From Spirochaetota bacterium (GTDB lineage: Bacteria > Spirochaetota > UBA6919 > CBDBPB01), in the NCBI GenBank assembly GCA_965208615.1, contig CBDBPB010000004.1, positions 512,001 to 576,000 on the forward strand: a stretch of 64,000 nucleotides of DNA. Direction: 5' to 3'. Under the pieces are notes generated by a model. It worked only from the letters and a program-made list of their open reading frames with translations, did not search any database and was not told the origin of the DNA. Positions 50,300 through 60,674 of the stretch are shown here, one piece after another. A program made the position numbers and the translations under genes. Position 1 is the first letter of the stretch. Every line of letters begins with the position of its first letter.

Positions 50300-53047
50300 A
50301 TGACAACAACAACTTCAGAAGATCATAGTATTAGTGATAATCCATTATTACAAACTATCTTCACTCAACTAACCGAAGAACAATGGACAAGAACTACTAT
50401 AGATAATTATTCAAAACGTAACTTCGTTTTACTAGATAATACTATCGATCTCGCTGAAAAAGAAAATATTTTAGAAGAATTAAGAAAACTATGTGTAGAT
50501 CACCTTAGCCGTTCTTCAAAAAGTATTATTGCACTATATCTCGCAGGTATATTAACATATAAACAAGAGATTATTGATGATAGCTATATTTTACAAATTA
50601 TAAATCTATTCAAAGAAAATAAAAAATGGCAAGTCGTAGAATATTTAGCAGATAAAATATTAAGCTATGGAGAAAGTAAGTTTGCCTTAACCACTCTAGA
50701 AGAATGCTATGTAAAAACTGCTAACGATGAAGAACTTATAAAAGTTTGGGAAAGACTCTCTAAGGTAGATTACGAAAACGGAGATATACCTAAAAAATTA
50801 GCCGTATATCACGAAAAAGAAGGTGATATAGATGAATCAGTTTTCTATTATAAAATGGCCTTAAAACGCTTTTCTAAAACCCAAACTATAAAAATGATAG
50901 AAGACTTGTGGAGAAAACTAGCAGAACTTATCCCGCACGATATAGAGTTTTTCTCTCAAATACATGATGAGGTAGCCCGCTATAATCAAGAAAAATCTGC
51001 CTTATTACTGTCCACTTTGCTATCATACTTCCAGGAAAATAAAAACTACCAGGTTTGTATTGATATATTAAAACGAATGCTATCCTTTAATCCAAAAGAT
51101 AAAGATGCTAGAACTCACCTTGTTAGTAGCTTAAAGTGCAATTATAAGGGGCATAGCCTATTAGAACAGTATATAACTAAGTCCGATATAAATGATTTAT
51201 CAAAAAACTTTAAGGCTTCATTAGAAAAATTCGAAAAGTATATTGTCTTTGACAAAGGTAATTACGTTTATCATAGAAGCTGGGGAATAGGTATTATTAT
51301 AGAGTGTAAGGAGGATTCCTTAATCATAGACTTCGAAAATAAAAAAAATCATAATATGTCTATGAAAATAGCATTAACCTCATTAAAAACTTTATCTGAA
51401 AACCATGTATGGATACAGAAAAAAAGAAATTCCACTTTATTAAAAGATGATAGTCCTGATGGAATAAAAAATAGTCTTATTTTAATTTTCAAAAGCTATA
51501 ATAGTCAGGCCACTATGAAAGAAATAAAAAAAGAAATGACCGAAGTAATAGCAATATCTGCTTGGACTAAATGGTGGAATAAAGCTAAACAGGTAATGAA
51601 AACTAGCTCTATATTTGGTAACTCGCCAAATAAAAGAGACTTATACTTCTTAAGAGATAAACCCTTAACCTTTGAAGAAGAATCTCACTCAAACTTTATG
51701 GCAAATACTCAATTTGGTAATAAATTGGCTATAATAACCGACTATCTAAAACATAGTGATGATATAGATTCTGAAGGCTTTCAACAAATGCTTAACTTCT
51801 TCGTGGATATAGCAAATAATAAGTCTATAATAGATGAAAGAAGTATAAAGAGCTTTCTCTTTCTACGAAAGATAAAACGAGAAAATACTAATATAATATT
51901 TGAGCTAAAATTAAATCCCTATGAACTTTTGCCTAGTAAAGGTGATATTGTAGATATCTACGGAACACTTACAGAAAATGACTATAGAAAAGATATTCTT
52001 GATATAATAAAAAGAAACGATGCTGATTGGACTAATACATTTTTGTCAATAATGAAAGAGGCTAAAGCTAGCAAATCGCATAACCTCATTGTAGATGAAT
52101 TAATAGCACATGACAAAAATGATGAGCTTTTAGACGGCTTTCAATATCTTGTAAATAGATATAGAAATAACCCTGAAAACTACTTCTGGGCGGCTAAAAC
52201 CTTATTTAGTAATCCAGAGCTCTTGGACTTACTTAAATTTGAACGTAAAAAACTAATCTTTAACCTATTTCACTGCTTAGATATTATTAGCAAGGAACTA
52301 ACAAATAAAAAAGTAGCTTCTCAAAAAGTTAATAGAAAACTTTTTCCTCAGATTATTTATTTCCTACTTAAAACTGAAGTTGCCTTTTCATCTGCTATAA
52401 AAGAAATGAAAGAGTTGGATGCTAAAATTATTTTGGCACTTATTAATGGAAATATCGCTATGGATGAGAAAAGTAAAGCTATGCTCATAGAGAAGTTAAT
52501 GGAGAAGTTTCCAGAGCTTGAAAAAGAAGTCCTTGAAGCACCAACTACTAAAGAAATACACGATTTTCTTGTTACTAAAGAAAGTTATGAGCGTAAACAA
52601 AAAGAACTACAACATATAGTAAATGTAGAAATTCCCCAAAATAGTAAGGCTATCGGAATTGCACAAGAAAAAGGAGATTTAAGAGAAAATGCTGACTATA
52701 TTGCGGCTTTGGAGCATCAGAGACATTTACAAGAAGCATCCCGAAAGCTTATGGAGGAACTTAGTCGAATTAAGATTATCTCTTTTGATGACGTTGATGA
52801 AAGCAATATATCTGTTGGTACCCATGTCCATCTACTAAATATGGATAATAACGAAATAGAAAACTATACCATACTTGGAGAGTGGGAGTCAAACATGGAT
52901 AAGGGAATTATATCATATAAATCCCCCTTTGGAAAAAGCCTATTAGGCTCCAAACCAAATGATACTGTTGTATTTGACCATGGGGGAATTAGTAAAAAGT
53001 ATAAAGTTGAAAAAATTGAAAAGGCTAAAGAATTGGTATCCGCATAG
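50300..53047 (+). CDS. greA: Transcription elongation factor GreA with a long N-terminal TPR/helical extension (spirochaete-type)
   Basis: C-terminal Gre domain GDLRENADY, YTILGEWES, ISYKSPFG; N-terminal ~760 aa including GNYVYHRSWGIG and WTKWWNKAK. Confidence 0.92.
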   Translation: MTTTTSEDHSISDNPLLQTIFTQLTEEQWTRTTIDNYSKRNFVLLDNTIDLAEKENILEELRKLCVDHLSRSSKSIIALYLAGILTYKQEIIDDSYILQIINLFKENKKWQVVEYLADKILSYGESKFALTTLEECYVKTANDEELIKVWERLSKVDYENGDIPKKLAVYHEKEGDIDESVFYYKMALKRFSKTQTIKMIEDLWRKLAELIPHDIEFFSQIHDEVARYNQEKSALLLSTLLSYFQENKNYQVCIDILKRMLSFNPKDKDARTHLVSSLKCNYKGHSLLEQYITKSDINDLSKNFKASLEKFEKYIVFDKGNYVYHRSWGIGIIIECKEDSLIIDFENKKNHNMSMKIALTSLKTLSENHVWIQKKRNSTLLKDDSPDGIKNSLILIFKSYNSQATMKEIKKEMTEVIAISAWTKWWNKAKQVMKTSSIFGNSPNKRDLYFLRDKPLTFEEESHSNFMANTQFGNKLAIITDYLKHSDDIDSEGFQQMLNFFVDIANNKSIIDERSIKSFLFLRKIKRENTNIIFELKLNPYELLPSKGDIVDIYGTLTENDYRKDILDIIKRNDADWTNTFLSIMKEAKASKSHNLIVDELIAHDKNDELLDGFQYLVNRYRNNPENYFWAAKTLFSNPELLDLLKFERKKLIFNLFHCLDIISKELTNKKVASQKVNRKLFPQIIYFLLKTEVAFSSAIKEMKELDAKIILALINGNIAMDEKSKAMLIEKLMEKFPELEKEVLEAPTTKEIHDFLVTKESYERKQKELQHIVNVEIPQNSKAIGIAQEKGDLRENADYIAALEHQRHLQEASRKLMEELSRIKIISFDDVDESNISVGTHVHLLNMDNNEIENYTILGEWESNMDKGIISYKSPFGKSLLGSKPNDTVVFDHGGISKKYKVEKIEKAKELVSA

Positions 53048-53050
53048 TAA

Positions 53051-53788
53051 TTACTGATTAGTAGCTTTTTTATCAAGATCAGTACACAATAAAGCTCCAG
53101 CAATAGTATTTGTTGATAAAAAGTATGCCTGGATTAGAGGGACTAAAAGTAATATATAAGCTGATATACCAAAGCCTAATATCATTCTTTTGTTTTTTTT
53201 AACAAACTTAATTTGGTCGGAAAAGTTAAGTTTGTTTTCCTCCAAATAGGGGGATATGAACTCTAGTCCAACGAATAATGCTGTTAACAAGCACTGAAAT
53301 ATAATATAACAAATAGTACCTATAAACGGAATAAAATTAAAAAATAATACTAAAATAGAAAGTATAACGTAAAGTATTAACTTTTTTAATTCGTTAACTA
53401 TACTTTGTATAATTATAGTCAAGCTGTTATTTTCCGTTTTATTATTTATATTTTCAATTAGTCTTGTTTTAGAATATAGTAATCCTCTAAAAAAGGGGTT
53501 TATTAATGCTGAGATAAGGCTAAACATAAAAGGAAATATTATTAATATTATAGCTATCCCTAAAAACCTTAATATTCCTTTTAATATACTCCAAAAGAAT
53601 CCGTTAAAATCTGGGGTTAAAAAAATAATTAAGTTATCTAACTCATTATATAGTGTTAGCAACAAGATTATGGATATAATAAGATTAACGGCTAGAGGTA
53701 TTATTAAATAGTTAAATAATTTTTTGTTATTCCATAAATACTTTATAGCCATAAATGGATATTTACTGCTTTTAATAAACGAAATCAT
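53051..53788 (-). CDS. EI24/CysZ-domain membrane protein
   Basis: IPLAVN, INPF, NFIPFIG, FG...LLVPL...AGA pattern; multi-TM. Confidence 0.72.
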   Translation of the reverse strand: MISFIKSSKYPFMAIKYLWNNKKLFNYLIIPLAVNLIISIILLLTLYNELDNLIIFLTPDFNGFFWSILKGILRFLGIAIILIIFPFMFSLISALINPFFRGLLYSKTRLIENINNKTENNSLTIIIQSIVNELKKLILYVILSILVLFFNFIPFIGTICYIIFQCLLTALFVGLEFISPYLEENKLNFSDQIKFVKKNKRMILGFGISAYILLLVPLIQAYFLSTNTIAGALLCTDLDKKATNQ

Positions 53789-53802
53789 ATAGAATACCTA
53801 TT

Positions 53803-54732
53803 TTAGTGAGAAGCTTTTCTAATAAGAGCCTTATACCCTTTTTGACTTAAAAACTTAGTTAGCTCTAAAGCCGTCTTAAAAGAATGTTTATTTTTGCTTA
53901 CAACGTAGTATAGTATTTTATCATACAACGGTCTATTGTTTGGACTAACCTCTATATAGTCTATACTATTTTTTTTAGCCGCTTTTGGACTCCATAGATT
54001 AGCTTGCTTCCAGTTATCTATTTCATTGGAGCTTATGGAGTAGTTATTTTTATTATTTTTCTTAGAACGATCTTCATAATATATTCCACTGTAATACTTT
54101 TTTTTAATAATAGTAGTTTTTATATTTAATTTATCAATAACTTCCTTCTGTTTTTGCGAGTTATTATAATGTTTAAAAACTCCTAATTGAAGATAGTAAT
54201 CCCCACTCTCATATTTAACGTCTTTAATGTCTTTAACGTCTTTAACGTCTTTAAGACATTCATCATTTTTAACCTTTTTATTAGATATAGGGTCTATTTT
54301 GCCTTCCTTAGAACACTTATTATCTTTAGCTTTATTAGTAGGCTCTTCTTTCGTTTTTTTTGCTATCCAGTTTGTTGAAAGCTTTTTAAGTAGTTCATTA
54401 TATTTAATCTTTTTTATATAAAGCTCTTTTTTCAACTGATGAATTTTATATTTGAGTTTTCTTATTTGACTTTTTTTATCTACTTTTTTTATATATATAT
54501 AAGTTTTACTATTCTTAAGTTTGCCTATTTTCTTTTCTAAAGAGCTAACACTATTTTCTATTTGACTCATCAGATTAATAAGGTCTTCAAATTGTTTTCT
54601 TAGCTTTTCTTCTCTTTCATTACTTTTATATTGACTGCCTTCTTTAGACGGGATTTTATTTATTTTATTATCAGTACACTGACTAAAATATAATATAGCA
54701 CTTAGTAATAAAATAATGGGTAAGTTAATCAC
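53803..54732 (-). CDS. Putative lipoprotein with a coiled coil and an interrupted SPOR domain
   Basis: GTG start at 54732 with AAGGA RBS; signal ending FSQC; YYLQLGVF...; ...FKTALELTKFLSQKGYKALIR. Confidence 0.62.
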   Translation of the reverse strand: MINLPIILLLSAILYFSQCTDNKINKIPSKEGSQYKSNEREEKLRKQFEDLINLMSQIENSVSSLEKKIGKLKNSKTYIYIKKVDKKSQIRKLKYKIHQLKKELYIKKIKYNELLKKLSTNWIAKKTKEEPTNKAKDNKCSKEGKIDPISNKKVKNDECLKDVKDVKDIKDVKYESGDYYLQLGVFKHYNNSQKQKEVIDKLNIKTTIIKKKYYSGIYYEDRSKKNNKNNYSISSNEIDNWKQANLWSPKAAKKNSIDYIEVSPNNRPLYDKILYYVVSKNKHSFKTALELTKFLSQKGYKALIRKASH

Positions 54733-55088
54733 TTTGCTATCCTTTAGTAATATGTATAACCCTATATAATATATCATCTATAAATGATAAATTATACAAT
54801 CAAACAAGTTATATATACTATCTTATGGTTATTTTAAAAAATAAAGTAAAAATTAATTATTTTTATAAATCCTAGGCTACTTTATAAACACTGACAATAC
54901 TTAAAACATACACTAGCATATTGCTATCAGGTATTTATTGATTATATACACCCTTATTTTTGTATTATACTAACAAATTTTATTTTTTTAAGGTTTTTGG
55001 TAATTTTTTATTTAGCCAATATTCATAATTTAATTATACTTGTATCATACAATGAAAGTAAGTACTTTTATCCTAAAAGGAGATATTT

Positions 55089-58000
55089 ATGGGTTTTGTT
55101 AAAAAGTTTTATCTAGTTACTATATTAGGACTAACCTTAGTTGGACTACTAAAATGCTACGAAGATAATAAAACACCCTCCCAAAGCGGGTTATGGGCTA
55201 AGTATATAAAAGGACATACCTCTGGACTTATATCCAAAAAGTCTAGCATTTATATACAGTTTTTAAACGACGTAATAGATGAAAAATCTACCGGAACTAA
55301 TGCAGAATCTTATATTGAGATAACTCCTCAAATAAATGGGATAAAGAAGTTTATCAACACCAAAGAAATTATAATTATCCCAAAAAACTCTCTTGTCCAG
55401 GGTAAAAAGTATACTGTTGAGCTAAAGGCTAATAAACTTATAAAAATCCCAGAAGAACTGGGTAATTATAAATTTACCTTTAATGTTATAAAACAGCAGT
55501 ATGAGGTTAATATTTTAAACTTGGAAACCAATGAAAATAACAATAAGATCATGAATTTAAAGGGTGACATTATTACTGCTGATATAGAGGACTATAAAAA
55601 AGTTGAAAAGATGCTCTCTTGTAGCTATCTGAATGATAAAATAAATATTAACTGGATCCACAAAGATAAAAAACATGAATTTATTATAAAAAATATAAAA
55701 AAACAAACCAAAATTAAACCAATAACCTTATCGTGGATAGGCTCCCCTATTAATGTACACAAAAGCGGACTAAAAAAAATTAGTATTCCTGCAATAAATA
55801 CCTTTGATATAATAAATACTAAGACTGTTACTCAGGGTAATCAACGGTATATTGCTGTTTATTTCTCAGATAACATAGATAAAAAACAAAATCTAAAAGG
55901 CCTTATAAGAGTTAAGGATAAAAAGTTTACTACGGCTGTAGTAAAGAATGCTGTTAGGGTTTATCTGGACAAAAAACCAACCGGTCCTTTATATCTAATC
56001 TCTGAACCTGGTATAAAAAATACAGATGGAGTATCCATAAAAAAACGTTATAAAAAAACCCTGTTTTTTAGTAGTAAAAAACCTGAGGTCAAGTTTGTTG
56101 GGAAGGGAGTTATTCTGCCTAAAAACAAAGTTCTTAGCATCCCATTTGAGGCTATTAATGTTAAATCAGTTCAGGTAACAGCTTTTTTGGTTTATGAAAA
56201 TAATATGGGATATTTCCTACAAACTAATAAGTTATACAGTAGTAATAACATAAGCCGTGTGGGACGTTATTTATGGAGAAAAACTATTTATTTACCTTTT
56301 GTAAAGGGTGATACTTGGAGTCGTTATTATTTGGATGCCACTAAGCTATTTAAAAACTATCCCAATGGACTATTCAGACTTAGCTTATCTATCAATAGGG
56401 CTAACTCTATATATACTTGTTCTAAAGAGGATAATGATATACCTATACTTAAAGAACCACCTATTAAGAATGCTGAAGACTTATATCTGACTGAACCAAG
56501 TAGCTGGGATTATGCAGAAAACTATTATAACCAACAAAATACTGTACTATGGGTAGACAGAAATAATCCATGTAAGGATGCTTATTTTAAGCATAAGAAA
56601 GAAGCTAAGAATTCTAAGAACTTTTTAGCTTCTAATATTGGTATAATAGCTAAAATGGGTACTAATAAAAAGGTACATGTCGTTACTACTGCAATAGATA
56701 GTGTTAAACCATTAAATAAGGTTAAACTATCCATTATGAACTTCCAAAACCAACTTATGGCAAAATCAGCTACTGATAATATGGGTTTTGCAGAAATAAG
56801 CCTTTCTAATAGACCTTTTTATATTGTGGCAGAAAAAGACGGTCAAAAGGGATATTTAAAAATGACTAAGGGGACTGCTCTACCTACAAGTCATTTTGAA
56901 GTTGGCGGAGAGGCTATTAAGGCCGGTATAAAGGGATTTATTTACGGAGAAAGAGGTGTATGGAGGCCTGGAGACAATATCTACTTAACCTTTGTACTAC
57001 AGGATAATAAAAACTCTTTGCCTATAGGATATCCTGTTACTATGAGATTTTTCAATCCCAGAGGACAACTAATACATACAATTAAAAACACTAATCCTGT
57101 TGATAGGTTTTATTCCTTTAAGCTAAAAACTGATAACAATGCTCCAACTGGCAACTGGACAGCAAAAGCAAATATCGGTATTAATACTTTTACTAAAAAG
57201 ATTAAAGTAGAGACTATAGTTCCTAATCGTCTTAAGGTTTTATTGGACTTTGGTAAAAAAGCTATTTATACCTCTGATATGCCTATAAAAGGAAAGATAT
57301 TTGGTCAATGGCTACACGGGGCAACTGCATCTGGATTAAAAACAGATGTATCCCTTAGATTTAGTCCAGTACCCACTAAATTCAACATTTTTACGGATTA
57401 TAACTTTGATGATTCAGCGAGAGAGTTTAGAGGAGAAAGCAGTAATATTTTTGAAGGTAAACTTGATAATAAGGGTAACGCATGGTTTACAAAGAATATT
57501 ACACCAGAAACTAAGCCTCCTGGTAACTTAACCGCATACTTTAAAACACGTATCTTTGAAAGTGGTGGAGCGTTTAGCTCTAACAATCAGAGTTTTACTT
57601 ATTATCCGTATAAAAATTACGTTGGGATTAAACTGCCAAAGGGTGATCAAAAACGTAATATGTTGTTGACTAATAAAGTACATACTGTTTCTATTGCAAG
57701 TATTAGTGATAAGGGACGGCCTGTATCACTAAGGAAAGTTAAGGTTAGCCTTTATAAGATAAGCTGGAAATGGTGGTGGAATAAGTCTAAGGAGTCTCTT
57801 GCAAAGTTTATTAGCAGTACTAGTACAAATCTTATAAAAGAAAATACTATATCAACCAGAAAGGGACTAGGAAAATGGAAGTTTAAAATAAAGTATCCTA
57901 GTTGGGGTAGATATCTTATTCGTACATGCAGTTCTGGTGGACACTGTTCTAGTAAGGTTTTTTATATTGACTGGCCTGGGTGGGCAGGACGTGCTAAAGA

Positions 58001-60626
58001 ACAAAAAGGAGCTGGTGCAAATGTATTAAATTTTAGTTCTAATAAACGTAAGTATAGGGTTGGGGATACGGCTGTTATAAAGTTACCAAAGGTATCTCAA
58101 GGACAAGCTCTTATGACTATTGAAAACGGTAGTAAGGTAATATCTAAAAAGTGGATAAGAATTAAAAAAGCTAATAACAAGTTTAGTATTAGGATTACTA
58201 AAAATATGCTGCCAAATGTTTATATTAGCCTCTTTTTAATACAACCACATAAAAATAAGAGAAATGACCGTCCTATTCGTCTTTACGGCGTTATACCCAT
58301 TAAGGTATACGACCCAAACACTGAGCTGAAACCTATTATTAGTACCTCTGACAAATGGAAGGCTGAATCTAAGGTATCCATAAGGGTATCAGAAGCGAAA
58401 AATAGAGAGATGATATACACCTTAGCCATAGTGGATGAGGGACTCTTAGGACTAACTAATTTTAAGACTCCTAAACTCCATAAGGCTTTTTATAAAAAAG
58501 AGGCTCTAGGAGTTAATTATTGGGATATCTATGACTCTGTAGTAGGCGCCTATGGTAGAGCGTTAGAAAGACTTTTGTCTATTGGAGGGGATGATTTTAG
58601 TAAAAAAGAAGAGTCCAAGTCATCAAAGAGGAGATTTCCACCTGTGGTAAAATATATAGGACCTTTTAAGCTTAATAAGGGTGAGAAAAAAAGGCATAAA
58701 ATTGTCCTTCCCCAATATATTGGTGCTCTACGGATCATGGTTGTAGCCGGAAGACATAAGGCTTATGGCTCGGCTGAGAAATCAGTAATTGTAAAAAAAC
58801 CTCTTGCTATTTTATCCACTCTCCCGAGGGTTATAGGTCCGTCTGAAAACTTAACTATACCTGTTAATGTGTTTGTCAGTGAGGATAATATTAAGAATGT
58901 TACCTTAGGGATTAGGGTTAACAAACATTTTGAGATTATTGAAAGTTCATCATTTAAGCTTAGGTTTAATAGACCTGGTGAGAAAATGGCATTTATTAAT
59001 TTAAAGGTTAAAGATAAGATAGGAAAGGGAAAGGTGGTTTTAACTGCAAAGTCAAATGGACATACTACTAGCTCCACAACCTTTATTGACGTTCGTAGTC
59101 CTAACCCCAAAACCATTAGACAGTTTAAGATGTCAATTCCTCCTAATGAGGCTTGGGAACAAAATATTAATCCCCATGGTATAGCTGGTACTAACGAGGT
59201 ATTTCTTGAGACCTCTATTATACCCCCTTTGAATCTTGAATATAGAGTAGACTTTTTAGTTAAATACCCCCATGGATGTGTAGAACAGATTACTTCGGCA
59301 TTATTCCCTCAGATTTTCTTACCATCTCTTGTTAACATGGATAAAAAAAAGAAAAAAGAGATTGAGGGTAATATTGGAATAGGTATTGAGCGATTACAAC
59401 AGTTTCAAAATGTAAGAGGTGGTTTTTTTTACTGGCCTGGTGAATATTGGGGAAGAAGAGTTAATGATTGGATAACCAGTTATGTGGGACATTTCTTATT
59501 AGAGGCTGATAAACTGGGATATTATGTACCTAAAAACATGATTACAAAATGGATAAGCTATCAGAAAACTACTGCTAAAAGATGGTATAAAAGAAATAAA
59601 TATTCTGTTTTGGTTCAAAGTTATAGGCTTTATACCTTAGCTTTGGCTTCTAAAGCGGATATAGGTGCTATGAATCGTCTTAAAGCTCTTGTAATGGATA
59701 ACTCTGCTGAGAGATATTTATTAGCGTCAGCTTATAATCTTGCAGGCTTACCCAGTATTGCAAGAAACTTGACTAAAAACGTTTCACAATATATGATTGC
59801 TGATTATAAGCTACCAGGAAATACTTTTGGATCCACAATCAGGGATAAGGCTATTATACTAAGTGCTTTGGTTATTATGAAGGATAATAATAGGGCTAGA
59901 GCGTTAGTTGAGGAAATATCTAAAAACCTTGCATCTGATAAATGGTATAGTACCCATAGCATATCCTATGCTTTATTGGCTGTGAGTAAGTTTATTGGTA
60001 TAGGTAAGTCTAAGACTAGCCTATCTTTCGAAAAGACTATTGGAAGTACATCCCCAAATAAAGTTAGCACTGATAAGCCTATCCACTCTATAAAGTTGCT
60101 TAGCTTTTCTGATAAGGGCGAAGTCGTTAAAGTAAAAAATACCTCATCCAAGACCATATACGCAAATATAGTAGTAAAAGGAATACCAAAGGCCGGAGAA
60201 GAAAATTATACTTCATCCGGATTAAGGATAAATGTTGATTATAAAGATAATAATGGTAACTCTATCGATGTTGATAACCTTAAACAAGGAACTGATTTTA
60301 CTGCTAATGTTATTATCACTAATACTTCTGATAACCCCTTACAGAATATTGCATTAAGCCATATCATTCCCTCAGGATGGCAGATAAGTAATACAAGGCT
60401 TTCTTCTAATGAGGGTATTAGATCAAAGATTGATTATCAAGATATAAGAGATGATCGTGTATACAGTTATTTTAGTTTAAAGAAAAATGAAAGTAAAACT
60501 ATACCCATAAAATTAAATGCATCTTTTTTAGGTAGATATTATTTACCTGGTATCTCTGTTGAGCCTATGTATAATGCTTTTATAAATGCTCGCATTATAG
60601 GAAAGTGGGTTAAAGTTGTTAAATAG
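55089..60626 (+). CDS. Bacterial alpha-2-macroglobulin (YfhM-like) with intact thioester motif
   Basis: ERGVWRPGD, LAIVDEGLL, YPHGCVEQ thioester, IRDDRV, GRYYLP...EPMY. Confidence 0.95.
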   Translation: MGFVKKFYLVTILGLTLVGLLKCYEDNKTPSQSGLWAKYIKGHTSGLISKKSSIYIQFLNDVIDEKSTGTNAESYIEITPQINGIKKFINTKEIIIIPKNSLVQGKKYTVELKANKLIKIPEELGNYKFTFNVIKQQYEVNILNLETNENNNKIMNLKGDIITADIEDYKKVEKMLSCSYLNDKININWIHKDKKHEFIIKNIKKQTKIKPITLSWIGSPINVHKSGLKKISIPAINTFDIINTKTVTQGNQRYIAVYFSDNIDKKQNLKGLIRVKDKKFTTAVVKNAVRVYLDKKPTGPLYLISEPGIKNTDGVSIKKRYKKTLFFSSKKPEVKFVGKGVILPKNKVLSIPFEAINVKSVQVTAFLVYENNMGYFLQTNKLYSSNNISRVGRYLWRKTIYLPFVKGDTWSRYYLDATKLFKNYPNGLFRLSLSINRANSIYTCSKEDNDIPILKEPPIKNAEDLYLTEPSSWDYAENYYNQQNTVLWVDRNNPCKDAYFKHKKEAKNSKNFLASNIGIIAKMGTNKKVHVVTTAIDSVKPLNKVKLSIMNFQNQLMAKSATDNMGFAEISLSNRPFYIVAEKDGQKGYLKMTKGTALPTSHFEVGGEAIKAGIKGFIYGERGVWRPGDNIYLTFVLQDNKNSLPIGYPVTMRFFNPRGQLIHTIKNTNPVDRFYSFKLKTDNNAPTGNWTAKANIGINTFTKKIKVETIVPNRLKVLLDFGKKAIYTSDMPIKGKIFGQWLHGATASGLKTDVSLRFSPVPTKFNIFTDYNFDDSAREFRGESSNIFEGKLDNKGNAWFTKNITPETKPPGNLTAYFKTRIFESGGAFSSNNQSFTYYPYKNYVGIKLPKGDQKRNMLLTNKVHTVSIASISDKGRPVSLRKVKVSLYKISWKWWWNKSKESLAKFISSTSTNLIKENTISTRKGLGKWKFKIKYPSWGRYLIRTCSSGGHCSSKVFYIDWPGWAGRAKEQKGAGANVLNFSSNKRKYRVGDTAVIKLPKVSQGQALMTIENGSKVISKKWIRIKKANNKFSIRITKNMLPNVYISLFLIQPHKNKRNDRPIRLYGVIPIKVYDPNTELKPIISTSDKWKAESKVSIRVSEAKNREMIYTLAIVDEGLLGLTNFKTPKLHKAFYKKEALGVNYWDIYDSVVGAYGRALERLLSIGGDDFSKKEESKSSKRRFPPVVKYIGPFKLNKGEKKRHKIVLPQYIGALRIMVVAGRHKAYGSAEKSVIVKKPLAILSTLPRVIGPSENLTIPVNVFVSEDNIKNVTLGIRVNKHFEIIESSSFKLRFNRPGEKMAFINLKVKDKIGKGKVVLTAKSNGHTTSSTTFIDVRSPNPKTIRQFKMSIPPNEAWEQNINPHGIAGTNEVFLETSIIPPLNLEYRVDFLVKYPHGCVEQITSALFPQIFLPSLVNMDKKKKKEIEGNIGIGIERLQQFQNVRGGFFYWPGEYWGRRVNDWITSYVGHFLLEADKLGYYVPKNMITKWISYQKTTAKRWYKRNKYSVLVQSYRLYTLALASKADIGAMNRLKALVMDNSAERYLLASAYNLAGLPSIARNLTKNVSQYMIADYKLPGNTFGSTIRDKAIILSALVIMKDNNRARALVEEISKNLASDKWYSTHSISYALLAVSKFIGIGKSKTSLSFEKTIGSTSPNKVSTDKPIHSIKLLSFSDKGEVVKVKNTSSKTIYANIVVKGIPKAGEENYTSSGLRINVDYKDNNGNSIDVDNLKQGTDFTANVIITNTSDNPLQNIALSHIIPSGWQISNTRLSSNEGIRSKIDYQDIRDDRVYSYFSLKKNESKTIPIKLNASFLGRYYLPGISVEPMYNAFINARIIGKWVKVVK

Positions 60627-60674
60627 GTTAATTTTTATTACAGGGAATAGTTTTATAGTTTATATTCAGTTTAG

